DNA of 64,000 bases, taken from the IMG/VR virus record IMGVR_UViG_3300042558_004043; one strand, given 5' to 3'. A program made the position numbers and the translations under genes. How positions within the stretch are numbered: the first letter of the stretch is position 1; every line of letters begins with the position of its first letter. Below the pieces are notes generated by a model, which did not search any database, was not told the DNA's origin, and saw only the letters and a program-made list of their open reading frames with translations. The DNA is from a virus. Lineage: Duplodnaviria > Caudoviricetes. This document shows positions 9,388 to 19,507 of the stretch, piece by piece.

Positions 9388-9900
9388 ATGAAACAATTTT
9401 TAAATATTGACGAAAACGAGAAGAAAAGAATTCTAGAAATGCATGAAAATGCGGTTAAAAACCATTATCTAAATGAACAAGGAACCCCACCCCAACAACA
9501 ACCTATATCATCAACTGGAACCGTTATAAACGGTAAAACATATACCGTTGAACGAATAACTGATAATGAAAGTTTGATGCAGTTCATTAATTGGGGAACC
9601 CCAAGATGGGACGAAGAGAGTAAAAAAGAAATAAGACCAATTACGGTGGATATGGTTAATACGGCTACAGGTTCGGCGTTAACCGCTTTACCTGAAAAAC
9701 CTGAAGCCGAAGTTGATAGTGAAGTTGTTGCAAAGACTAAGAGAGTTTATAGTGATTTAGATTTAATTGCTCAAAATTATAAAATCTCAGAATTATGTGC
9801 CAGCACGGTTGCAAATAAAAGGTTACCACTACAAAATCCAAAATCTTTAGAAATTGCTAAAAAGAGAGCGGTTGCTTTGGGATGGTGTGCTAGAGCTTAA
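9388..9900 (+). CDS. leader-bearing hypothetical protein
   Basis: MKQFLNIDENEKKRILEMHE...YLNEQ. Confidence 0.65.
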   Translation: MKQFLNIDENEKKRILEMHENAVKNHYLNEQGTPPQQQPISSTGTVINGKTYTVERITDNESLMQFINWGTPRWDEESKKEIRPITVDMVNTATGSALTALPEKPEAEVDSEVVAKTKRVYSDLDLIAQNYKISELCASTVANKRLPLQNPKSLEIAKKRAVALGWCARA

Positions 9901-9916
9901 AATATTTTTCATATAT

Positions 9917-9945
9917 AAAAAAAGGAGAGGTGACTCTCCTTTTTT
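9917..9945. terminator. bidirectional terminator
   Basis: A-tract-GGAGAG-gtga-CTCTCC-T-tract between convergent genes. Confidence 0.8.
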
Positions 9946-9954
9946 ATTTTAATA

Positions 9955-10374
9955 TCAGTTGTAAATAATTTCAGGATTTTTACTGAAAAAACCTTTAATC
10001 AAATCTCCATCACGGTATTCAAAAATGTACATAATATTTCCCTCATCAGTTTTACCCAATACAATTAATGATTCTTGTTTACCTTCTTTGACTATTACAT
10101 CAATAATATTTGTACTATCATTAATTTTAATGATTTGATTGTCAAAACCGCTATACGATTCAATTTTATTATCCAAATCAAATTTTATTACAAAATTTGG
10201 CTTATGCTCATATAACACGGTATAAACTAATTTATTAGATTCAATAGCTTGTGGAGTGCTAATCAATGCCGAATGCTCAAAAAATTGAGTGGTATCTAAT
10301 TTTACTGTAATAACTTGAGAATTAGATAGAATTGTCGTTAGTACAAGAAAAACAAATAGGGTGACTTTTTTCAT
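9955..10374 (-). CDS. secreted hypothetical protein
   Basis: signal peptide MKKVTLFVFLVLTTILSNSQ; TATATTTG on minus strand upstream; start revised. Confidence 0.6.
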   Translation of the reverse strand: MKKVTLFVFLVLTTILSNSQVITVKLDTTQFFEHSALISTPQAIESNKLVYTVLYEHKPNFVIKFDLDNKIESYSGFDNQIIKINDSTNIIDVIVKEGKQESLIVLGKTDEGNIMYIFEYRDGDLIKGFFSKNPEIIYN

Positions 10375-10444
10375 TGTGATTTGATTTATTCTACAAATAT
10401 ACACAAAAATAACAAACCAAAAAATATTTATTAAAAAAAATATT

Positions 10445-10570
10445 ATGTCTAAAGCAAGAAAAGAACCAAAACCTAAGAGTAACAGAAAAAATTGGGTTAA
10501 GAATAATAAAAGAATCGAAGAAAATACAAGAATTTTAAATCTTTTACTTAATGAGAATAATTCTAACTGA
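10445..10570 (+). CDS. small basic protein (41 aa, not in ORF track)
   Basis: MSKARKEPKPKSNRKNWVKNNKRIEENTRILNLLLNENNSN after TATTTAT. Confidence 0.45.
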   Translation: MSKARKEPKPKSNRKNWVKNNKRIEENTRILNLLLNENNSN

Positions 10571-10898
10571 ATCCCAATTGAATAAATTGGTCAATGAACA
10601 ACTGACTCACCCTGAGACAGAACTATCAAAATATTTAGAAGACTTTGATAAAATCCAAATAACCGGTGATACCCACGAATTAGGTCTTCAAAATTTTACA
10701 ACTCCCGAAGATTTTGTTAAAAAAATAAAAGAACTCCCTTTACAGGTAAGTTCTTTTAGAATTGATTCGGAAGGATTTAATTTTCCGATATATAAACTTT
10801 CGTTGAATGGTGAGATTGGAAATTATGAGGTGAGTTTAGGTCATGAACCACTATCACCTTACAAATTTGTAACCGCTTCAATCAAGAAAACGTTTTAG
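10551..10898 (+). CDS. leader-bearing hypothetical protein
   Basis: MRIILTESQLNKLVNEQ. Confidence 0.65.
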   Translation: MRIILTESQLNKLVNEQLTHPETELSKYLEDFDKIQITGDTHELGLQNFTTPEDFVKKIKELPLQVSSFRIDSEGFNFPIYKLSLNGEIGNYEVSLGHEPLSPYKFVTASIKKTF

Positions 10899-11095
10899 TG
10901 TCTACGATTGGTACATTGATGGTCCAACATTCCGTGACCACGATTATTTCGCATAGTTTTCTTCATTACTTGAGTTGATTTCTTATGATGAGACTTATAA
11001 TCATATCCACGATGACTTGTACTACAAGAACCAAGAAAAAGAATTAATAGAATGAATATTAGGAAAATTAAGAAAGCTTTAAATGGGTTCTTCAT
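10895..11095 (-). CDS. putative lipoprotein
   Basis: hydrophobic stretch ending LGSC. Confidence 0.5.
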   Translation of the reverse strand: MKNPFKAFLIFLIFILLILFLGSCSTSHRGYDYKSHHKKSTQVMKKTMRNNRGHGMLDHQCTNRRH

Positions 11096-11131
11096 ATGGG
11101 TATGGGTTTTAAATTGTGGTACAAATATATG

Positions 11132-11626
11132 TCAAACTTCTTCTTCCACCAAATTATTTTTTAACCATTCTGGTTTATAACCGTTTTTCCATACCGCAAA
11201 ACCCATCTTAGCCCCACGGTAGTAGTTTCTATAAGATTCTACAACATCAGATACTTTATATTCGTCGGGCATTGCCTTTGGGGGTTCAGTAAAACCTATG
11301 TCCTTAATATTTGGCTTATTAATTAGACACCACTCAATTACATCCTGTGATTTATGACGTTTTCCGTACCTATTAGTGTATTCTTTACAAAGGGCGAGCC
11401 CAAGTTCACAAAGATAAAGATAGTTCGATAATGAGGACCTGGTCCATATAGAACAGGGGTGATTCTTATGGGATAACTTGTACGGTATTTGGTCGGTTAC
11501 TTGGCAGTCCATATGATGTACTGAACAAAGAAGTTGAGCGGTTTCAAGTATCATCTTAACCACATGTTTGTCACAATGGTCCTTAGCACATTTATTAACA
11601 TCCCAATCTAAAAAGAAAATATTCAT
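11132..11626 (-). CDS. pyrimidine dimer DNA glycosylase / endonuclease V family protein
   Basis: MNIFFLD...CDKHVVKMILETAQLLC, HPCSIW, RYGKRHKS, YRNYY. Confidence 0.8.
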   Translation of the reverse strand: MNIFFLDWDVNKCAKDHCDKHVVKMILETAQLLCSVHHMDCQVTDQIPYKLSHKNHPCSIWTRSSLSNYLYLCELGLALCKEYTNRYGKRHKSQDVIEWCLINKPNIKDIGFTEPPKAMPDEYKVSDVVESYRNYYRGAKMGFAVWKNGYKPEWLKNNLVEEEV

Positions 11627-11659
11627 ATGAGTACGATATTTATATAAAAAAACAAAGAT

Positions 11660-11857
11660 ATGAAAAAAACATTATTTATCGGACTTTTATCGTCTATTTT
11701 ATTTTATGGATGTACCTTCTCAATTGGTGGAGGATGTAAGTGCTCAGGTGATTGTGGAGCCCCACAAAAGATTGAAATAATTAATCAAACTCCTACTCCG
11801 ACAGAATCTCATTGTGAATCAACTGAAGAACCTATTGATACTTTAGAACAATATTAA
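11660..11857 (+). CDS. putative lipoprotein, Cys-rich
   Basis: signal ending FYGC; CKCSGDC. Confidence 0.5.
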   Translation: MKKTLFIGLLSSILFYGCTFSIGGGCKCSGDCGAPQKIEIINQTPTPTESHCESTEEPIDTLEQY

Positions 11858-11859
11858 TA

Positions 11860-12192
11860 ATGAACTTCACTATATCCGAAAAGAAAAAACAAGTAATACT
11901 TGAGTTATTACATACTTTTCTTAATCAAAGATTAGAGTTGTATAAAGAACTCGATGACGCGGGAGAATTAGAGTATAGTGTTAGTACTATTGTTAGTAAT
12001 ATAGATAAAATTGAAATAACCGATATAAAAAGAGTTGGAGGTATATGGTCCGTCGATTTACTTTTTTATATGAATAGAATCTTTTCAGTTGTTGATGAAG
12101 ATTTAATTTATGATTTATCTTCAAGTTTAACTGATTATATTGGTGAAAACGACATAAACATATCCCAACAAGAAAGTGAATATGGCATCTGA
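11860..12192 (+). CDS. hypothetical protein
   Basis: 110-aa ORF in packed run. Confidence 0.55.
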   Translation: MNFTISEKKKQVILELLHTFLNQRLELYKELDDAGELEYSVSTIVSNIDKIEITDIKRVGGIWSVDLLFYMNRIFSVVDEDLIYDLSSSLTDYIGENDINISQQESEYGI

Positions 12193-12664
12193 ATTAGAAA
12201 AAATACCGGATAGAGCAATGTTTCAAATCCTTAAACAAGTTGCTCGCAATTGTGAATCGGAAGGAATATCCTTTGGTGGTATTAACTCAGAAGTATCCGA
12301 CGTGATTAAAGACACCCTAAAGATTTTTGGGGTTGTTGATAAAATTAGATTTATTGACGAGGATTATGTTTGGACGTTAGTTAATTTAAATAAAGACAAA
12401 TTGTCTGACGATAAACTAACGGGTAGTTTAATAAGACCCGAGCTTAAAGAATATGAATTTGATACTCAAATTACTGAGACTGTTTACCAAACTCAATCTT
12501 GGGAAAACACTGTTGAGTCTTATGGAGACCCATATTACTTGGTTAGGTTAATGGAATATGAAGGGGAATTTGACTATTACAGTGGTAGACAAGGTTACAG
12601 TGATGTTCATGATAGTGAAATAACTGATATTGAAATTGTTCGTAGGTCTTTTACCGAGATTTAA
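12182..12664 (+). CDS. hypothetical protein
   Basis: acidic ORF, ATG at 12182. Confidence 0.55.
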   Translation: MASELEKIPDRAMFQILKQVARNCESEGISFGGINSEVSDVIKDTLKIFGVVDKIRFIDEDYVWTLVNLNKDKLSDDKLTGSLIRPELKEYEFDTQITETVYQTQSWENTVESYGDPYYLVRLMEYEGEFDYYSGRQGYSDVHDSEITDIEIVRRSFTEI

Positions 12665-13422
12665 GCAACGTCACTTAATGTGTTAATATCAATTCTATTA
12701 TCTGAAGTTTTCGCAAAAATAAGTTCTTCCGCTACCTCATAGAAATACACTTCGCCAGACTCAATATCCTCACTTGGGTCATCTATGACTTCATGTTTTC
12801 TTAATAATGATATTGATTTTTTAGATATCATTATTTCATTTTTAACCTTATCCCACTCATCCAAAAGAAGAAATTGGTCTAATAATGTTTTATCATAAGA
12901 TACAAAAAACCATTGACTAACCTCTGACTTATCATAATCATCGATAGACCCCGAGCCGTCACAATAATCACAAGCAATAGTACCATCATCGTCACAATCA
13001 TTACAACTTTCTTTTCCTTCTCCATCGCACGTTCTGCATGACTCGCCTTCTTCGTCTTCTCCGTCACCACCACAGTCAACACAGTCTATTTTTCCGTCAC
13101 CATCACACGAATCACACATATTATAACCATCTCCATTACAATAATCACAATTAACATCAGCATAATCTGAATCAACTTCAATTAAGGTAAACCCAAATAA
13201 ATTAAATTTGATAAAATCATATTGTTCATCCAAAACCTCAGGAGTGTCCACCATTGGTAATAGGTATGATGCCATTATAATATCTTCTGGTTTCATTCCA
13301 CTTGCAAATTCTTTGTATGGGAATTGAGTTACAAAATAAGTGTATACGTCAGTAGGACTGAGATTACTGAAATTTGGTTTGTATATTTTTTTAATTAGTG
13401 ATAATAATTTTGGTTTTTCCAT
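12661..13422 (-). CDS. DnaJ-type CxxCxGxG zinc-finger protein, no J-domain recognised
   Basis: CDYCNGDG, CDSCDGDG, CVDCGGDG, CRTCDGEG, CNDCDDDG, CDYCDGSG; start revised. Confidence 0.7.
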   Translation of the reverse strand: MEKPKLLSLIKKIYKPNFSNLSPTDVYTYFVTQFPYKEFASGMKPEDIIMASYLLPMVDTPEVLDEQYDFIKFNLFGFTLIEVDSDYADVNCDYCNGDGYNMCDSCDGDGKIDCVDCGGDGEDEEGESCRTCDGEGKESCNDCDDDGTIACDYCDGSGSIDDYDKSEVSQWFFVSYDKTLLDQFLLLDEWDKVKNEIMISKKSISLLRKHEVIDDPSEDIESGEVYFYEVAEELIFAKTSDNRIDINTLSDVA

Positions 13423-13484
13423 ATTAATAAATACCTTAGTGGTATGATTAGTGATATTTATATAATACTCTAAAACTAAATAAA

Positions 13485-13820
13485 ATGAAAACAATTCTAA
13501 CTTTTTTAATGTTGATGTTTATTACCATCAACACTTACTCCCAAAAGTTTCAATCCGATTATAATATTGTGATTGATTATAATGGTAAAGAACGTATTGA
13601 GAAAAAACACACCGGAACTTGGGTGTGTTATGATACAATTATGTATCAATTTTACGGACCCGATACTTTAGAATATAAAATATCTAAAATAATGAATAGA
13701 GATGTTTATTATGTTAATGACTTTGACGAAACCGTAAAAGTTCTGTTTATGCAAAATGGTTCAGTCATGAGAAAAAACATGACAAGACCAAATCAATATT
13801 TGATTTATCGTAAAGATTAA
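13485..13820 (+). CDS. secreted hypothetical protein
   Basis: signal peptide MKTILTFLMLMFITINTYSQ. Confidence 0.6.
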   Translation: MKTILTFLMLMFITINTYSQKFQSDYNIVIDYNGKERIEKKHTGTWVCYDTIMYQFYGPDTLEYKISKIMNRDVYYVNDFDETVKVLFMQNGSVMRKNMTRPNQYLIYRKD

Positions 13821-13827
13821 TATTTTA

Positions 13828-16011
13828 TCAAGGCCATTGTGTTACTGTGAATGTTGAACTAGGTCCTGGATATGGAAATATATGTGAATACGGTCCTGGA
13901 GATATATTAGAGTCTAAATAAGTCGCACTAATTACTCTAATTGTAAAAGTTAAAGGTAAATTTTGAGATATTTGTTGATAATTAGTTACACTAAAAAACC
14001 AATTTGCGATAATTTCATCTTCTGATGATATAAAAGTTTGAGAATTTAGATAATTAGTATTAATTATCCCAACTACTCCACTAGAATTGGCGCTAAAAAT
14101 TACACTACTGGTGACAGGTGAAAAAATAATATTGTTGTTATCACCTGTCGACAGTTCTAAAACTACCTTACTTATACTAAAATTTGAATGATTTAAAAGA
14201 CTAACTCTCCACGATACTCCATATTGTGATAAAGTAGACCATGAAGAAAAATTAGAAGCATAAGGACCAAATAGGTTAATATCGATATTTAAAGGAAAAT
14301 TAGAAAAATCATTTGATATCTCAATTATTGAGCTGTCTTGAGCATATCCGTAAGAACCAATATTTACAAGTTCGTCCCATATTTGGGCTTTTGCAAAAAT
14401 TGTTTTATTACCTATAGGATAGTTTAAAGGTAATAAAATTCTGCTAATATTTAGCATGATTTCAGATATTCCGCTATAAGTATACTCATTAAGTAAAATA
14501 CATGATTGGGAATTAAACCACATTGAATCACATAAATAAAATTGGATTGTTAGATATTCAGTACCTAATATTAAGTTAGTATCTAAAAATGTTGTTGTGG
14601 TTTCGATGTTAACAAAGTCGCCTAATATAGTATTTCCTGATATATTTGTAATTTCAATTGAAATCGGTTCGTTATTAATCCAATTATAATCTTCTTGAGG
14701 TAATAAATCTATCGCTCCTTGAACTGCCGCTTCATGGTCAACAATTCCATAACCTAATTCATTATTATAACCATTTTCATCAAAAACATAACCTTCGGTT
14801 CCTGCAGTTTTTCTCGCAGTTTCTGATAATATATTTATGACTTGAGTTGAGGTTAAATTTGGATTTACATATATCATTGTGGCTGCAACTGTACCCAAAA
14901 TAGGAGTAGAACTCGATGTTCCATCGGCAATCAATAAATTCTGATGTGTATATAACGTATCTTTCCATTTTCTAGACATTGTAACTGGGTGTATGTTAGG
15001 AAATGGTAAACTACTACCCCATCTACCCCTAACACTCAAACTCATTATATTTTCACCTGGAGCACACATAAATAAACCAGGACCCCACTGAGAAAATCCG
15101 GATTTATTATTCAGAGCATTACTAGCGCCTATACCGTATACATTTGGATGAAAATTTATAGGCATCACCGAATCCATCCCATAATTTCCGGTACCACTAA
15201 AAAATGATATACCTTTACCATTTCTTCCGTTTTCTGTAACATAAGTAATTACGTCACCTGCTAAACCTGTATAAATCGACTCGGAACTATAGTATACTTG
15301 ATTTGTAATTGCAACACACTTAGGATTATTGAATACCGCATACAACATCTCAATAAACATAAACTGGGAGGAACCAAAACCTCCACTTTGTAAATCGTAA
15401 GTGATTTCACTACAATACATTTGTCTGTTAGTTACCACTTGAACTTTAACCTTATCTTTACCAGCTGACAGCATTAAATCGTTGTTGGAATTTCTTGCGG
15501 CAACAAGACCGGCAACTCCGGTTCCGTGGTATGGAATATCACCAAAAATATCTCCGCAATTGACAAGCTCACTAAATTTAACATCGTAGTCATTAGGAGA
15601 AATGTCAGAACTAAAAAGTGAAAGTACATTTACGCTATAATCACTTATTTTACCAATTAGTTCAGGATGACCAACATCTACTAAAGTATCAAAAATTGCA
15701 ACCTCTACAGGTTCATTATCAGGAAATTGATTCATCAAGTCCCAGGCTTCTCTAGAGTTTATATTTTGTAAATACCAATGATAAGGATGGTCATAAGTAA
15801 ATTCATAAGTATTTGATACTTCTGTTAATATATCTAATTCTGAAGTTTCCACAAATGATAATGTATCAATTTTGTTTTTAAAATCATTTATATTTTCATT
15901 AATAGGAATTTCGACAACTATTAAATCAAATTCATCGTATTCTCTTTTTACGTTGATTTTATTATTGGCACAGTAATTTAAAAAATCTAAATAGTTTTTT
16001 TCTGAATTCAT
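13828..16011 (-). CDS. S8 subtilisin-like serine peptidase (paralogue A)
   Basis: Asp VAIFDT, His YHGTGVAGLVAA, oxyanion GTGN, Ser GTSSSTP. Confidence 0.88.
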   Translation of the reverse strand: MNSEKNYLDFLNYCANNKINVKREYDEFDLIVVEIPINENINDFKNKIDTLSFVETSELDILTEVSNTYEFTYDHPYHWYLQNINSREAWDLMNQFPDNEPVEVAIFDTLVDVGHPELIGKISDYSVNVLSLFSSDISPNDYDVKFSELVNCGDIFGDIPYHGTGVAGLVAARNSNNDLMLSAGKDKVKVQVVTNRQMYCSEITYDLQSGGFGSSQFMFIEMLYAVFNNPKCVAITNQVYYSSESIYTGLAGDVITYVTENGRNGKGISFFSGTGNYGMDSVMPINFHPNVYGIGASNALNNKSGFSQWGPGLFMCAPGENIMSLSVRGRWGSSLPFPNIHPVTMSRKWKDTLYTHQNLLIADGTSSSTPILGTVAATMIYVNPNLTSTQVINILSETARKTAGTEGYVFDENGYNNELGYGIVDHEAAVQGAIDLLPQEDYNWINNEPISIEITNISGNTILGDFVNIETTTTFLDTNLILGTEYLTIQFYLCDSMWFNSQSCILLNEYTYSGISEIMLNISRILLPLNYPIGNKTIFAKAQIWDELVNIGSYGYAQDSSIIEISNDFSNFPLNIDINLFGPYASNFSSWSTLSQYGVSWRVSLLNHSNFSISKVVLELSTGDNNNIIFSPVTSSVIFSANSSGVVGIINTNYLNSQTFISSEDEIIANWFFSVTNYQQISQNLPLTFTIRVISATYLDSNISPGPYSHIFPYPGPSSTFTVTQWP

Positions 16012-16013
16012 CT

Positions 16014-16382
16014 TTATATAACTATTACTCCTTTTATGTTATTACCTAACGGTTCTGTTAACGTGTGAGTCAACGTAAGTGGTTGTGTTTGAGGTGTCGG
16101 GCTTGGTGTGGGAGTCGGGCTTGGTGTGGGAGTCGGGCTTGGTGTGGGAGTCAAACTAACACTATTAGATATTTTAACTATAAGAAAACTTGTTGGAATT
16201 TCATTTGGGTTATCCGTTTCTATTATTCTTGAAACTCTAGAACCAACTCGTTTGGTAACACCTTCTTTATAAACAATTATTTTTAAAGGAGGATAAACTT
16301 TTAAAATGGTATCTTCTTTTTGACCTCTGGCTAATTCTCTTTTAAATGAGGTTGACGTTCTGTGAAAAACTATTTGATTCAT
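16014..16382 (-). CDS. hypothetical protein with Pro/Thr/Ser linker
   Basis: TPTPSPTPTPSPTPTPSPTP. Confidence 0.55.
   Translation of the reverse strand: MNQIVFHRTSTSFKRELARGQKEDTILKVYPPLKIIVYKEGVTKRVGSRVSRIIETDNPNEIPTSFLIVKISNSVSLTPTPSPTPTPSPTPTPSPTPQTQPLTLTHTLTEPLGNNIKGVIVI
16096..16152. repeat. 18-bp tandem repeat x3 (coding PTPSPT)
   Basis: gtcgggcttggtgtggga three exact copies. Confidence 0.9.
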
Positions 16383-16412
16383 ATTATTTAAATTTTATTT
16401 TATTTTATTTTA

Positions 16413-18536
16413 TTACGGCCAATCAGTCACATACAAGGTAGTTGTACGTTCTCCATTTTGGAATGTTCGTGCCCCTTCACCTTCGAACCATGTAAAAAAT
16501 ATTGTGTCCACGTTAATTGTTATATTTGAAGGTAATGAATTTATTATAGGGGTAGGGTCAACTCCAAAGGACCAATAGAAAATTTGGCTTTCTGATTGTT
16601 CTAAATAAAAAGTTGTACTTAAGTCTATTGGGGGTTGGAAAGTTTCGAAAAATTGATAAGTTGTGGAATAATCTTCATTATTAACTGATAATGATAATAC
16701 GGCTCTGAGCAATGGCATATCCCCCGTATTAGTTAGTTTAATTTTCATAGCATAACCCAAAGGTTGTGTAGTTTGAAAATAAGGAGTACTTGGAACTACC
16801 TCTAAAAACTCTATTTGAATATCAGGACTTTGGTCATCTATCGGTGAAATGTGAGATATCGTCAAGGGTATCTCGTCATAAACGAAACCATTTGTAATCT
16901 CAACAAAATTAGCATCAAATATACTTGATTGTGCTCGTAAAGTTGAGGAATTAACTGTATCAGGAAGATTCGGTACCTGTATCCAATGAGAGTTTTCATT
17001 GAATTCAGTTAACTGAGACCCGTCGTATGTTTGCTCAAATAAAATTGGGTCTTGCGGAGTAAAAATTCCGTCCCACGAAATTGAAATCTTTATTACCAAA
17101 TATTCTACTGAACTTAATATTAAAGGATTAATTTGAGTCATGGTCTCAATCTGAAACCATTCCACTTCATTAGCACTTTCCTGTGATTGGGTAATTGTAA
17201 TTCCTATCTCCTCATCACCTAACTCCCAATTGGACGGTCTAGCGTCTATTGCGGCTTGAATCGCGGCTTCATGGTCTATTATCCCATAACCTAATTCAAT
17301 ATTGTATCCATTTCCATCGAAAACATATCCTTCAGTTCCAGATGTTTTTCTTGCTGTTTCCGATAAAATACTTATGACTTGAGTTTTTGTTAATCTTGGA
17401 TTTACATAAATCATTGTTGCTGCAACCGCAGCAACAATAGGTGTCGAACTCGACGTTCCGTTGGTTATTAACAAATTTCGAGCTGTATTTACGTAATCTT
17501 TTTTATTTCTGGGTTTTACTGTACCAAAATTCGGAGATGGTAAACTAGCCCCCCATATACCTCGGACACTTAAGGTCATTATGTTTTCACCAGGAGCACA
17601 AATGAATAGTCCATCTCCATAATTTGAAAATCCGGCTCTATTATCTAAAGCATTACTTGCTCCAACACAAAAAACATTAGGTTCACTACAAAATTGGTTA
17701 AGAGTTGATAACGATTGGTTGCCAGAACTAGCAAAAATTGGTATACCCCTTCCACTTCTTCCATTTTCAGCAACATAGTCAATCAAATAATTCATTATGA
17801 TATTTGGAGGTGGGAAAGTTTTTTGTAGTGTTATTACAACACATTTTATATTATTAAATGCGGCAAACAATTGTTCTATAAAGGCCCAACTTGAATTATA
17901 ATTAGGGATTAAAATATTATTATAACATGTCATGTAACTTTCAGTCAATACTTGTATTTTAACTTTGTCATTAGATGCCGATAACATCATATCATTATTA
18001 GAATTTCTCGCGGCTAATAATCCAGCACAACCTGTACCATGGTATATGTTTGAACATCCTGTATTACATGCATCTAAACCGCATTCCGCCAAAATACCAA
18101 AATCAACATAATAATCATCAGGACCTATGTCCGAAGAATAAAACGAAAGTACATTAATACTAGAATCACTTATTTTACCAATTAACTCAGGATGACTAAT
18201 ATCTACTAATGTATCAATCATTGCAACCTCAACAGGTTCATTATCAGGAAATTGATTCATCAAATCCCAAGCCTCCATAGATTTTATATTTTGTAAATAC
18301 CAATGATAAGGATGGTCATAGGTAAATTCATAAGTGTATTCGGTCTCGAATAACAAGTCTAATTCTGAAGTTTCAACAAATGATAATGAATCAACTTTAT
18401 CTTTGAAATCATTTATATTTTCATTAATAGGTACCTCAACAATTATTAAATCAAATTCATCAAATTCCCTTAATATCTTAACTTTATTTTGAATACAAAA
18501 ATTCAAAAATCCTAAATAATTTTCTATTGATTTCAT
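16413..18536 (-). CDS. S8 subtilisin-like serine peptidase (paralogue B)
   Basis: Asp VAMIDT, His YHGTGCAGLLAA, SSGN, Ser GTSSSTP; N-terminal part closely similar to paralogue A. Confidence 0.88.
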   Translation of the reverse strand: MKSIENYLGFLNFCIQNKVKILREFDEFDLIIVEVPINENINDFKDKVDSLSFVETSELDLLFETEYTYEFTYDHPYHWYLQNIKSMEAWDLMNQFPDNEPVEVAMIDTLVDISHPELIGKISDSSINVLSFYSSDIGPDDYYVDFGILAECGLDACNTGCSNIYHGTGCAGLLAARNSNNDMMLSASNDKVKIQVLTESYMTCYNNILIPNYNSSWAFIEQLFAAFNNIKCVVITLQKTFPPPNIIMNYLIDYVAENGRSGRGIPIFASSGNQSLSTLNQFCSEPNVFCVGASNALDNRAGFSNYGDGLFICAPGENIMTLSVRGIWGASLPSPNFGTVKPRNKKDYVNTARNLLITNGTSSSTPIVAAVAATMIYVNPRLTKTQVISILSETARKTSGTEGYVFDGNGYNIELGYGIIDHEAAIQAAIDARPSNWELGDEEIGITITQSQESANEVEWFQIETMTQINPLILSSVEYLVIKISISWDGIFTPQDPILFEQTYDGSQLTEFNENSHWIQVPNLPDTVNSSTLRAQSSIFDANFVEITNGFVYDEIPLTISHISPIDDQSPDIQIEFLEVVPSTPYFQTTQPLGYAMKIKLTNTGDMPLLRAVLSLSVNNEDYSTTYQFFETFQPPIDLSTTFYLEQSESQIFYWSFGVDPTPIINSLPSNITINVDTIFFTWFEGEGARTFQNGERTTTLYVTDWP

Positions 18537-18588
18537 TTTTTTTATTTGTTTTTAAATAAATATTAAGATATACATGTATATATATTAT

Positions 18589-18849
18589 ATGAAAAAAGAT
18601 TATCTTAAGTTATTAAAAAACATAACAGAAACGGAAACATTAGAACAACTTAAAGAAGTAGTTTCTAAGGTTAACAATTTTGTAAAAGAAAACAAATTAA
18701 AACCAAGTAGTGACGAATTTCAAAAAATGGAGAAATTCATTAAAATAGTTTTATTAAAATTGAAAACTAAAGAAAGACAACAATCCGAAAGTAAAACTAA
18801 CAGAACTATTATAATAACTGAAGAACAATATAACAGATTGTTTACTTAG
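18589..18849 (+). CDS. hypothetical protein with leader-like motif at C-terminus
   Basis: ends RTIIITEEQYNRLFT. Confidence 0.55.
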   Translation: MKKDYLKLLKNITETETLEQLKEVVSKVNNFVKENKLKPSSDEFQKMEKFIKIVLLKLKTKERQQSESKTNRTIIITEEQYNRLFT

Positions 18850-19045
18850 TTGTTTTAGGTTTTCTACCTCTTTTCTTTTTTTCATAGACAGGTGTTGGAG
18901 TTGGAGTAGTTGTTGATATTTCGGTAAATTCAAAAGGTTCATCCTCGTTTTCAATATCCCTTTTTTTAATTAAGTCAGCTGTTAGTTTGGATAATAAAAA
19001 AGAAATTACCGCACTTATTAAAAATACAATTATTACCGTTACCAT
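18842..19045 (-). CDS. small membrane-anchored protein with basic tail
   Basis: MVTVIIVFLISAVISFLL...KKKRGRKPK; start revised. Confidence 0.55.
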   Translation of the reverse strand: MVTVIIVFLISAVISFLLSKLTADLIKKRDIENEDEPFEFTEISTTTPTPTPVYEKKKRGRKPKTTK

Positions 19046-19115
19046 GATTATTTTATATATAAATATAACAAAAAACCCCTTTTCAGGGGTTTTTATATAA
19101 AATATCATAATAAAT

Positions 19116-19370
19116 TTAGACTATACCGTAAACCTGTTGGTATCCCTTCCCAAGTAGTTGTTTAGCCTTATCTATGGCTTGTTCTTTTAATTTTAATCCT
19201 TTTTGAACCAATTTTTTGGAGTGGTAAATGTTAAATTCAGTTCCTGATACTTCAGGTTTAGCCTGCTTCTTCGCACCATCTTTTTTTGGTCGGTACGAGT
19301 CTTTCGCATAAATGTCATAAAATCCGATTTTGGTTACATAACGACCTTTTGAATTACCTTTTGTTGCCAT
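19116..19370 (-). CDS. basic hypothetical protein
   Basis: 84-aa ORF; TATATTTG upstream on minus strand. Confidence 0.6.
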   Translation of the reverse strand: MATKGNSKGRYVTKIGFYDIYAKDSYRPKKDGAKKQAKPEVSGTEFNIYHSKKLVQKGLKLKEQAIDKAKQLLGKGYQQVYGIV

Positions 19371-19507
19371 TTTTATTAATTTTTTTTGTTATACTTGATT
19401 ACACCACAAATATAGACAATAAAATGAATGAAAAAAGAAATTTAGTAAAATTTTTTATTGTTTAAATTTTTGACATAATGATTTTTTTTATTTAGATTTA
19501 TCAAACT

